Source of the DNA: a virus
Lineage: Duplodnaviria; Caudoviricetes
Virus record (IMG/VR): IMGVR_UViG_3300032277_000045
Coordinates: 1 to 32,710 of that record
Length of the DNA: 32,710 nucleotides
Strand: one strand, 5' to 3'
Shown piece after piece: positions 25,548 through 32,710 of this stretch. How positions within the stretch are numbered: the stretch's first letter is position 1; each line of letters starts with the position of its first letter. The notes beneath the pieces are model-generated. The model saw only the letters and a list, made by a program, of their open reading frames with translations. It searched no databases and was not told where the DNA came from. Both the position numbers and the translations under genes were made by a program.

Positions 25548-26195
25548 CTATACCACCATGTAAGTTGTTTCTAAGGGGTATCTGTTAGCGTCTACTGCGA
25601 TTGCATCTGACAAAGCAGAAGAAGCGACGGCAAACTGCTCTGCTGCTGACTGACCTCCTGTCTCACCTCTTTCGCGAAGAGCCATAGCATAGGCCATCTG
25701 TACGACAGGATGATATGGCACTTTAATCTTAGTAGAATCTGCCGCTAAGATAGCTTGTGGTGCAGCAATGTCAAATCTTAGTGTATACACAGCGTCAGGT
25801 TGCGGATAGACCTTCACCTTCAGGTCATCGTTATCGTCTATGCCACTGACAATGTAATCAGTAGGCGCTGCACTAGCAGGAGTCTGATTAAAGTATAAGT
25901 TGTCAAAATACGGGACAGTATTCAGCGTCAAGAATCCATAACCGCTACCGCTCATTGCTTGTTTAATAACCGCACTTTGGCCTGAGCCAGTAAGTGAATA
26001 CTCTGCCTGATCAATTACAGTAGCAACTTGTATAGTGCTGCGTAATGCAGACCAAGTCCATGAGTCTTCTACTAACTTCTTAGCGTCATTTACTAGATCA
26101 CCGATTAATCCAGAATACGAAGTTTCTTGTGTAGTGCTAACCTCATCTTCTCTTAATCTGCGGAGGACGTTATTAATTGCTTCTAAGTATGTCAT
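25548..26195 (-). CDS. Head-tail adaptor (tail tubular A-like)
   Basis: 'MTYLEAIN.VL.RLRE', 'VNDAK..VE....W..L' and 'VYPQPD.VY'. Confidence 0.75.
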   Translation of the reverse strand: MTYLEAINNVLRRLREDEVSTTQETSYSGLIGDLVNDAKKLVEDSWTWSALRSTIQVATVIDQAEYSLTGSGQSAVIKQAMSGSGYGFLTLNTVPYFDNLYFNQTPASAAPTDYIVSGIDDNDDLKVKVYPQPDAVYTLRFDIAAPQAILAADSTKIKVPYHPVVQMAYAMALRERGETGGQSAAEQFAVASSALSDAIAVDANRYPLETTYMVV

Positions 26196-28538
26196 CTACC
26201 TGCCTCCAGTGGCTCTTAAAAATTGTTCAAACATCCCAGCAGGAATGTTATCTAGTTTCGTAAACTGTGGCTCAAACAAAATTGAGTCAGTTATAGGTGT
26301 GCTGTTAACCACATGAGTAAACAAACCAATTGCACCATCTTTCCCTGCTTGTCCTTGTTGTCCTTGCACACCCTGCAAACCTTGTTCGCCCTGTCCACCT
26401 TGTATACCTTGTATACCTTGTTCTCCAGTAGCACCAGTAGCTCCCGTAGCACCTGTAGCGCCTGTAGCGCCTGTAGCACCTATGCCTCCTCTTTCTCCTG
26501 TGGCTCCTGTAGCTCCTGTAGAACCAGCAGCACCTGTATCTCCAGCAACGCCTTGAATACCTTGAATACCTTGAATACCTTGAATACCTGCCGTTCCTGC
26601 TGCACCAGTAACGCCAATATCACCCCTGTCACCCTGGTCACCCTTGTCACCCTGGTCACCCTTGTCACCAGTTTGACCAAGCAAGCTGCCATCTAAAATA
26701 CCTTGAACAATAGTGTTGGGAAGGTTTGCTATAAATGATCCTGAGTCTTCTTGGCTTAAAGTATCTATACCGTTTGTTATTTGTCCCTCGGTATTGATAA
26801 AAACTGTATCGTTAACAACCCCTGCGTTTTCAGCATTGTTGATTACTTCTGTTCTTTGATTAACAGTTTCAATTGCTGTCTTTTCGTTTGCAGGAAGGTT
26901 GTCTATGTCAGCCATGTTTATATCAAAGGTTTCTCCAGTATTGACGTTTTCGTAGACCATAGTGTCAGCGCCTAAATCTGAAGTTCTTATCCATCCTGTA
27001 GTGTCTATATTTCCCTCTATTCCTGTAACAGCTTTAGCGCCATTAACATCAGTAGTTACAATATCTTCTAATCCGATAGAGTCTGCGGCTGTAGTGTCTG
27101 CTGTCAAGTCTACAAATTCTTCTACTTCTGCCGCTGATTGAGAGGCCGCCTGTACGTCTGCTGTTGTTGCTGTATCACCCGCAAACATCTCGTTACCATC
27201 ACTTTCATTAAGGTCTAGGGTAGTATCACTTAATACAGAAACTGGATTCAACAAATCGTTATCTAATGAGACGGTAGAAGTAGTGTCAGTTGCACTACTT
27301 GTATTTACTGCTCCATCCGTTACGATTTCGTCAGGAATAAATGTAGGGTAGTAACCGCTTGTGCCAGACCCACTGCCTGTATTCGGGTTAAAATTTGGTA
27401 GTACTTCCCCCGTCATGGTGTCTTGCCATTTACCTTGAACTCCCTGTGAAGAGGTAGAAGAGTCAACACCCGAACTCATTAACTGATCTAAAAGTTGCTC
27501 TTTGCTATCACCAAAAAATTCTAAACTAGAATCTGGAAGCGCAGTAACAGTGTCAAAAGCATCTAAAATAGTAGATTCAACAGTTTCTCCTTCCCCTTCG
27601 TTTTCAAAGTCATTACCTAAAGCCCGTTGTGATAGTTTTACAGCCATGTCTACTCGTTGAGCGGCGCTGAATAACTCATTTTCTTCAGGAGTCATTGGAG
27701 TGGCTTGCGAACCTCCTCCTCCAAATAAATCCATAGCATCAAAGAGCCTGTAAGCTAAAGCAAAAGGAGCTGTCGCGGGGTTGGCTGATAGAAGATTTAG
27801 CACTATTGATTCTGGTGTAGATTCTTGCCCACTGACCGCCCCAACTATAGAGCCTAAACCTCCTGCAAAAACACCCTCGGCATTTGCAAGGTCTGCTAAA
27901 CTAGCATCGCCCAATACAACTGCCTCTTTTATCTTGTTGTAGTCCTGTAAATTACCTATCGTGTTTTGTGCATCCCCGATGACGTTATATGCGGTGTTCG
28001 CCGTACCAAGCAAATCCCCTGTGCCTGCCTCATTTGCAGTGTTGTCAGTAGCACTAAGCGCATACTCGCTATTTGGCCCTACCCCCGTTGGAGATTCGTT
28101 TATTACTGGCGCTTGGATAACTGGAACACTTGACGCTCCAGATAACAATGATTCTATAATATCAAAACCACCGTTAGACGCAGATGGAGCAGGAGCTACT
28201 GCTGTTGGCTGCATCGCAGAAAGATTTTGATTAATATATTCTTCTGTAACTCCGTAATAAGCTGCTGCGTCGGCAACTGAAAGCTGGCCGCTATTAATTA
28301 AATCAACAACTGAATTGGTTTCTTCAACGGAATAAACACCATCAGCCTCTGGAAGAGAGTAAGGTTCAGGTTCAGGAGCAACATACGCAGGTTCTGGAGT
28401 GGAACTAGATGCTTGAACCCAACTTGAGCCGTTAAAAGCATGCTTAATACCTCCAGGCGAGGTGAGCGTCCCAGCGCCATCATCAGTAAACCCGTAAGTA
28501 TTAACAAGGAGTTCCCCTACAGCATCTAGTGCGGCCAT
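26196..28538 (-). CDS. Large acidic protein with C-terminal collagen-like Gly-X-Y repeat
   Basis: 780 aa, D/E/T/S-rich, with an uninterrupted GXY run (GDKGDQ, GIQ, GAT units) encoded at ~26330-26680. Confidence 0.75.
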   Translation of the reverse strand: MAALDAVGELLVNTYGFTDDGAGTLTSPGGIKHAFNGSSWVQASSSTPEPAYVAPEPEPYSLPEADGVYSVEETNSVVDLINSGQLSVADAAAYYGVTEEYINQNLSAMQPTAVAPAPSASNGGFDIIESLLSGASSVPVIQAPVINESPTGVGPNSEYALSATDNTANEAGTGDLLGTANTAYNVIGDAQNTIGNLQDYNKIKEAVVLGDASLADLANAEGVFAGGLGSIVGAVSGQESTPESIVLNLLSANPATAPFALAYRLFDAMDLFGGGGSQATPMTPEENELFSAAQRVDMAVKLSQRALGNDFENEGEGETVESTILDAFDTVTALPDSSLEFFGDSKEQLLDQLMSSGVDSSTSSQGVQGKWQDTMTGEVLPNFNPNTGSGSGTSGYYPTFIPDEIVTDGAVNTSSATDTTSTVSLDNDLLNPVSVLSDTTLDLNESDGNEMFAGDTATTADVQAASQSAAEVEEFVDLTADTTAADSIGLEDIVTTDVNGAKAVTGIEGNIDTTGWIRTSDLGADTMVYENVNTGETFDINMADIDNLPANEKTAIETVNQRTEVINNAENAGVVNDTVFINTEGQITNGIDTLSQEDSGSFIANLPNTIVQGILDGSLLGQTGDKGDQGDKGDQGDRGDIGVTGAAGTAGIQGIQGIQGIQGVAGDTGAAGSTGATGATGERGGIGATGATGATGATGATGATGEQGIQGIQGGQGEQGLQGVQGQQGQAGKDGAIGLFTHVVNSTPITDSILFEPQFTKLDNIPAGMFEQFLRATGGR

Positions 28539-28617
28539 AACTATTCCTGTAATGTCTGTTTATCTTTAATTAATTTTAATGGAATGCCAGGGCATACATC
28601 TTAGTGAGATTTTTCAT

Positions 28618-29004
28618 TTACTTTTCCCTGCTCACGCCCTTAGTCTTCTCAAAGGTACGCATAGCGCCAAGGCCCAACATCCCCAGCATGGTACTTGTTA
28701 AAAGGCTAGTATCTATCTCTGGAACCTCTACCCAAATCCCTATCACTGGAGAGATAATTGTGGAATAGAGCAAGGCAAATCCACATATCCAGCCGATTGC
28801 CGGCCTCCAACCCGCTACAAATAGGCTTTTATGGGCCGCCTCAGCTTTGTTAACCTCAATCTGGGCCATGACCTGCTCTTGGCTATGCCGCTCGGCCATA
28901 GTCGCAATCTCGTGCGACAGCTTCTCACGCAGGTCTTTGTCTGGAATTACCTTGTCCAGAATAGCCGAGACAGGGCCGATCAATGCGCTAATTGCAGCCA
29001 GCAT
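28618..29004 (-). CDS. 3TM holin (gene-transfer-agent-type family)
   Basis: 'IGPV..ILDK.IPDKD', 'AQIEVNKAEA.H.S.FVAGWRPAIGW.C' and 'MLG.G.MRTFEK.KGV'. Confidence 0.8.
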   Translation of the reverse strand: MLAAISALIGPVSAILDKVIPDKDLREKLSHEIATMAERHSQEQVMAQIEVNKAEAAHKSLFVAGWRPAIGWICGFALLYSTIISPVIGIWVEVPEIDTSLLTSTMLGMLGLGAMRTFEKTKGVSREK

Positions 29005-29145
29005 TTATAATGCCAACCAAACTAAACTAACAAAAATAACTAGCCCAATTATTGCGGCTGCACCCAAAGTTAAGTAATTAGTTGTTTGGGCTAATCGCCA
29101 TATATAGCCACCGATCTTAGCTAAAGCGCTTTTAATCTTTTCCAT
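29005..29145 (-). CDS. 46-aa membrane peptide upstream of the holin
   Basis: Translates as MEKIKSALAKIGGYIWRLAQTTNYLTLGAAAIIGLVIFVSLVWLAL and fills the gap between flanking genes almost exactly. Confidence 0.55.
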   Translation of the reverse strand: MEKIKSALAKIGGYIWRLAQTTNYLTLGAAAIIGLVIFVSLVWLAL

Positions 29146-29147
29146 AA

Positions 29148-29399
29148 TTACCCCAAGTATCTAAACGCCGCACCAATCACAGCGGCTGTGATTAACCACA
29201 TAACCCGCTCAGTTGAGCGAGTTCTTATTACACCTTCGGACAGTGTGTCTACCTTATCAGCTAGACTAATAACTTTTGACTCAATAGATGTCTGACGGTT
29301 AAAAACCGTAACAATCCGCTCCTCAACCCTTGCTAAAGATACGACTGCTTCTTGTAGTGTGTCTATTTTTGACTCAACTCTTGTTAGTCTATCTTCCAT
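29148..29399 (-). CDS. Coiled-coil protein with C-terminal TM helix
   Basis: 'RLTRVESKID.L...V..LARVEER' plus a hydrophobic C-terminus; XhlA-like architecture. Confidence 0.6.
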   Translation of the reverse strand: MEDRLTRVESKIDTLQEAVVSLARVEERIVTVFNRQTSIESKVISLADKVDTLSEGVIRTRSTERVMWLITAAVIGAAFRYLG

Positions 29400-29401
29400 G
29401 G

Positions 29402-29617
29402 CTACTTCTCTTCTGCTGGCTCTTCTAAAGACTTTGAGAGTATATTAAAAAAAGCATCGCGGCCCACGTTTAACTGATCCATATTGAATCGTAGGTTGCC
29501 TAGCTTCTTGTCTAAATCACTGATGTGGTTAACCATCGCAATTTGCTGCTCAGTCAAGTCTTCAATGTTGTGTTCTACATCGTTAACAGTAATGGTTTTG
29601 TTTTCAGTTTTAGCCAT
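29402..29617 (-). CDS. Small coiled-coil tail-associated protein
   Basis: Start MAKTENK at 29617 (AAGGA RBS); 'ITVND.EH..EDLT.QQ...NHI.DLD.K'. Confidence 0.6.
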   Translation of the reverse strand: MAKTENKTITVNDVEHNIEDLTEQQIAMVNHISDLDKKLGNLRFNMDQLNVGRDAFFNILSKSLEEPAEEK

Positions 29618-29645
29618 TATAAGTTTCCTTTTGTTTAAGTTTAAA

Positions 29646-29984
29646 TTACCACGGTACGCCATTGGTGGTTACAGGGTCTACCTGACCATCAATGTTCGCT
29701 TGTAAACTAGTTTCAGTAGCATCTTTATCCACTCCATCAGTCCAGCACCAGCCCAGAACTTCGGCTTCAGTCAGGTCAGCGTATGGGACGTATCCCACTG
29801 CGCTTGGATCAGGGCTAAATCCGCAAGTCCCGTAGCTCGTGGCGTTATAGGACACAGCTTGATCGCCTGTGCCTTCTACTTGATCTGCATTGCAGCGCCA
29901 GTGCGCTATTACTACTGCACCATCCATATCTGCTGGTTGTAGGTCGTATTCTAGGGTTGAAATCACCCAATTAAATGTTGCCAT
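29646..29984 (-). CDS. Tail-fibre-associated protein
   Basis: Start MATFNW at 29984; 'V...HWR', 'YVPYADLTEAEVLGW' and C-terminal 'GVPW'. Confidence 0.65.
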   Translation of the reverse strand: MATFNWVISTLEYDLQPADMDGAVVIAHWRCNADQVEGTGDQAVSYNATSYGTCGFSPDPSAVGYVPYADLTEAEVLGWCWTDGVDKDATETSLQANIDGQVDPVTTNGVPW

Positions 29985-29986
29985 AA

Positions 29987-30235
29987 TTATTCGCCTTCTG
30001 GTGGGGGTGTGGGTGCGGGAGGTGTTTGAGTCCACGCATAAGTTGCAATGTCTAAGTAGTATTGCTCATTTAATACCGTTGATGCCTCTGGATCGTTGGG
30101 TGCAAGCACTGTTCGCCAGTAGCTTGTGGCAATAACTTCACCGTCTTTTACGACATCCGTTGTCTTACGAACACCGATAGAGCCTGTTCGCTGTACGTTA
30201 AATTCGCTGATATAAATCTCTTCTATGATCGCCAT
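29987..30235 (-). CDS. Tail-fibre-associated/chaperone-like protein
   Basis: Directly follows the fibre; 'VRKTT.V.KDGEVIA.SYWR.VL.P'; AGGAG RBS. Confidence 0.65.
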   Translation of the reverse strand: MAIIEEIYISEFNVQRTGSIGVRKTTDVVKDGEVIATSYWRTVLAPNDPEASTVLNEQYYLDIATYAWTQTPPAPTPPPEGE

Positions 30236-30290
30236 TTTTATCTCCTATGGATGGACTGTCCACGCCTACCGTCCGATAGGCGTATGGTTG

Positions 30291-32710
30291 TTATGCTGTT
30301 TGGTAAACCACTGTAAAATAAAAGTCACCCGAACCACTAGTTATGTCGCTTACTAAGATTGCACCGTCTGTGTCATAGAACTGTGCCGATGTTATTCCAT
30401 TATCTAATAGCAGCGACCACATAGCGGAAGACGTTGTTACGGCACTTGTATGAACAGTACAACTTGTAAAAATACCTGTTACACCGAAGATGTCACCAGT
30501 ACCAAAAGGAAAGCCTTGTACGCTAAAGGTGTTACCAGCCGTCATCCCTGTAGTGACTACATTTGGAAGAGCCGCAGTCACCCTCACAGTATTACCCGTT
30601 TTCGTGTATGTACCAGTACCTGTAGTACCTGTATTGCCTCCTGAAGATGCATCTGCCGCTGTCGGAGTCCAAGTCCCCTCCTCGTAATCGTCTAGCTTAT
30701 TAGCAGCACCTGTACCGCCTAAGTAGACACCGCTTGATAGGTAGAGGTCTTTGAATCTTGAGCCTGATGCACCAAGGTCTACTACAGCATTTGCGGTGGT
30801 TCCGTTTTTATGTGGCAACACAGCACTCGTACCGAATTGAAGACCGGAATGCGTTGAGCCTACGCTGCCCTCAATAAATAAGTTATCACCGTTGTCAACA
30901 CCAATACTACCCACGGCTACGCTGTCTTTGCGTAATTCAATGATAGTTCCGTCATCAGTTAAGCGGTTGAAATGAGCTACTGTTTCGCCAGCCCTAGTTG
31001 CTGACATAAAACCATCAGCATTAAACTGACCACCTACTGTTGAGCTACTAGCCGCAGTCTTACCCACCAAAAAATCGCCATTGTTTTTGATACGCACGGT
31101 TTCTGAAAGAGTTCCTCCATTGTAAGTCGAGAAAGTTAAAGCGTAACTGTTTCCTGCATTTGTGCAAACTTGGCTAATCTTTCCTGTTACACCTGTGCCG
31201 CCTGCTGAAGTATCGTTGGTATAAAACTCAATAGCGTTGGCTGTTTGAGCGGCGTTGATTGTCGTATCTGTGTTTTCAATACGGAGTGCCGTTGCTGTGG
31301 CGTCTTGTCCTTGAGAAATGTGAAGCACTTGCTGAGGCGAACTATTCCCTATTCCTAACTTCTCAGTAGAAGCGTCCCAGTAAAACTTTGGCGTTGTGCC
31401 AGTGTCTTCGTAGAAGGAGATGTCTCCTGTTGTGTGGCCAATTTTAAATCGTGTTCTATTTGTACCTGCGTGTCTGCCTATAAATTCAAAACCACCATAA
31501 CGAGTTGTGTCAGTCTCATCTTGCTCACTAACAAAACTAGCCATGCTGTCATTAACAGAAATACTAAGGCTTTCGTTTGTGCTGCCAAAACGAGAAATAA
31601 CAACTGGATTTGCATCATCGTTTGTATCAAAACTTACATCACCATCAACAGTCAGCCCGTCCATCGTGGCTGTGCCTACAACGTCCAATGCAGTCGCTGG
31701 AGCGCTTGTCCCTATTCCTACATTGCCAGAGCTGTCGATACGCAAACGCTCAGCTCCAGCAGTACCTACCCTAAAATAGTCACTAGCGTGGTTGTACTCC
31801 ATATAACCCGCATAAGCTGCTGCACCCGCTGTGCCGTCTGCGAAGTAAATATTTGCCGTTGTTGTGGTACTGGAATATATTGTCATCCCAGCTTCAGCAG
31901 AACCATCGCCAATTACTAAATTCTGTGCGCCTCCATAAAGAGAGCTAGGCGAGGTCGTCCCTATTCCTACGTTGCCGTCCACTAAAGTCATCACATCGGT
32001 ATTAGTGCCAGCAGTTTTAACTCTAAACCGTATTTCTCCATCGTTGGCATCGTGGTAAAACATATTAATACCAGCAAAGAAGTTGTCGCTGCTATCTAAA
32101 GCATAAATTCTTCCGAGATAAGCCCCTGCTGACGGCGAAGCAGTTGAATTGCTAAAAGCTAAATCAGCGCCATTACTGTCTTCTAAAGACAGCAAATAAT
32201 TGGGAGAGTTAGTCCCTATACCCAAAGACGCAGCAGAAGCGTCCCAGAAGAACTTTTGCTCTACGCCACCGTCCTCGTAGAAGCTGATGTCGCCGTTGTC
32301 TTCTACTAGAATACGATCTCGCAAAACACCCGTGCTGTCTGATCCAATTAACTTAAAATCAGGTGCGTCTTTATCGTCACCACGAAATGCCTGAAGCTGA
32401 AACTTACCAGCGTCAGCAGTGGCTGAACCATCTTCATCGTGAAACTCAATAATACCCAAGCTGTCACCAGCCGCTGTAGTATTCTTTGTTAGCTGTATAG
32501 TCCCTGCATTATCCACAGTCAGCCCATCCATCGTGGCTGTGCCAGTAACGTCTATGCCTGTGGCGGTGGTGGCTAGTTTCTTAGAGCCTGAATGATATAT
32601 CTTAGTCTCGCCCGTAGATTGAATAGCAGCTAAGTATGAGTTTCCTGTCGTGATATCACGGATGTATACATCAGCACCGTCAATACGCAGATTGCCAGTG
32701 CCTGTATCTT
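30291..32710 (-). CDS. Tail fibre, C-terminal part (partial, open to window end)
   Basis: The frame stays open upstream of 32531 to the edge (DTGTGNLRIDG...KKLATTATGIDVTGTATMDG). Repeated 'GNVGIGT..P' modules and tip motif 'LDDYEEGTWTP'. Confidence 0.85.
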   Translation of the reverse strand, partial: DTGTGNLRIDGADVYIRDITTGNSYLAAIQSTGETKIYHSGSKKLATTATGIDVTGTATMDGLTVDNAGTIQLTKNTTAAGDSLGIIEFHDEDGSATADAGKFQLQAFRGDDKDAPDFKLIGSDSTGVLRDRILVEDNGDISFYEDGGVEQKFFWDASAASLGIGTNSPNYLLSLEDSNGADLAFSNSTASPSAGAYLGRIYALDSSDNFFAGINMFYHDANDGEIRFRVKTAGTNTDVMTLVDGNVGIGTTSPSSLYGGAQNLVIGDGSAEAGMTIYSSTTTTANIYFADGTAGAAAYAGYMEYNHASDYFRVGTAGAERLRIDSSGNVGIGTSAPATALDVVGTATMDGLTVDGDVSFDTNDDANPVVISRFGSTNESLSISVNDSMASFVSEQDETDTTRYGGFEFIGRHAGTNRTRFKIGHTTGDISFYEDTGTTPKFYWDASTEKLGIGNSSPQQVLHISQGQDATATALRIENTDTTINAAQTANAIEFYTNDTSAGGTGVTGKISQVCTNAGNSYALTFSTYNGGTLSETVRIKNNGDFLVGKTAASSSTVGGQFNADGFMSATRAGETVAHFNRLTDDGTIIELRKDSVAVGSIGVDNGDNLFIEGSVGSTHSGLQFGTSAVLPHKNGTTANAVVDLGASGSRFKDLYLSSGVYLGGTGAANKLDDYEEGTWTPTAADASSGGNTGTTGTGTYTKTGNTVRVTAALPNVVTTGMTAGNTFSVQGFPFGTGDIFGVTGIFTSCTVHTSAVTTSSAMWSLLLDNGITSAQFYDTDGAILVSDITSGSGDFYFTVVYQTA

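Noticed and set aside
26291-26696. Short ORFs with RVT/FKV/LNT repeats
   Set aside because: Shadow frames of the collagen-like repeat.
30236-30293. Stop-codon readthrough (TAA CAA CCA) fusing fibre and chaperone
   Set aside because: The 55-nt gap is out of frame, the downstream frame contains a TAG, and the CARYYA context is a eukaryotic signal.
30291-32710. Diversity-generating retroelement or invertible shufflon acting on the fibre
   Set aside because: No reverse transcriptase, adenine-variant TR/VR pair, invertase or inverted crossover sites seen in the window.

Overview
The window is a nearly complete, circularly permuted genome of a tailed dsDNA phage with podovirus-type morphogenesis genes. 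The contig appears broken inside the tail-fibre gene(s): an N-terminal part runs off base 1 and a C-terminal part runs off base 32710. The minus strand carries the late module. From 8494 to 1 it reads terS, GH24 lysozyme, metallophosphoesterase, terL, portal, scaffold, major capsid and the fibre start. From 32710 to 18539 it reads fibre, chaperones, 3TM holin, collagen-like protein, adaptor, nozzle and three probable ejection proteins. The plus strand (9019-18515) carries early genes (GP88-like, C5-MTase-like), a lambdoid-style replication block (primase Zn finger, initiator with intragenic 11-bp iterons, DnaB-like helicase) and recombination genes (ERF, YqaJ exonuclease, SSB-like, NinB, NinG, DUF3310). 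I saw no integrase, CI-type repressor, DNA or RNA polymerase, tRNA or CRISPR array. The most striking signals are non-coding. (1) The divergent control region (8600-9010) holds two identical LexA-like SOS boxes exactly 90 bp apart that bracket a GGTAACAC repeat/palindrome array, plus a sigma-54-like -24/-12 promoter and a pair of TetR-like operators. (2) A ~250-bp mosaic of palindromes and 11-20-bp repeats (13767-14044) is bounded by a 29-bp direct repeat. All protein assignments come from motif recognition and gene context, not from database searches.
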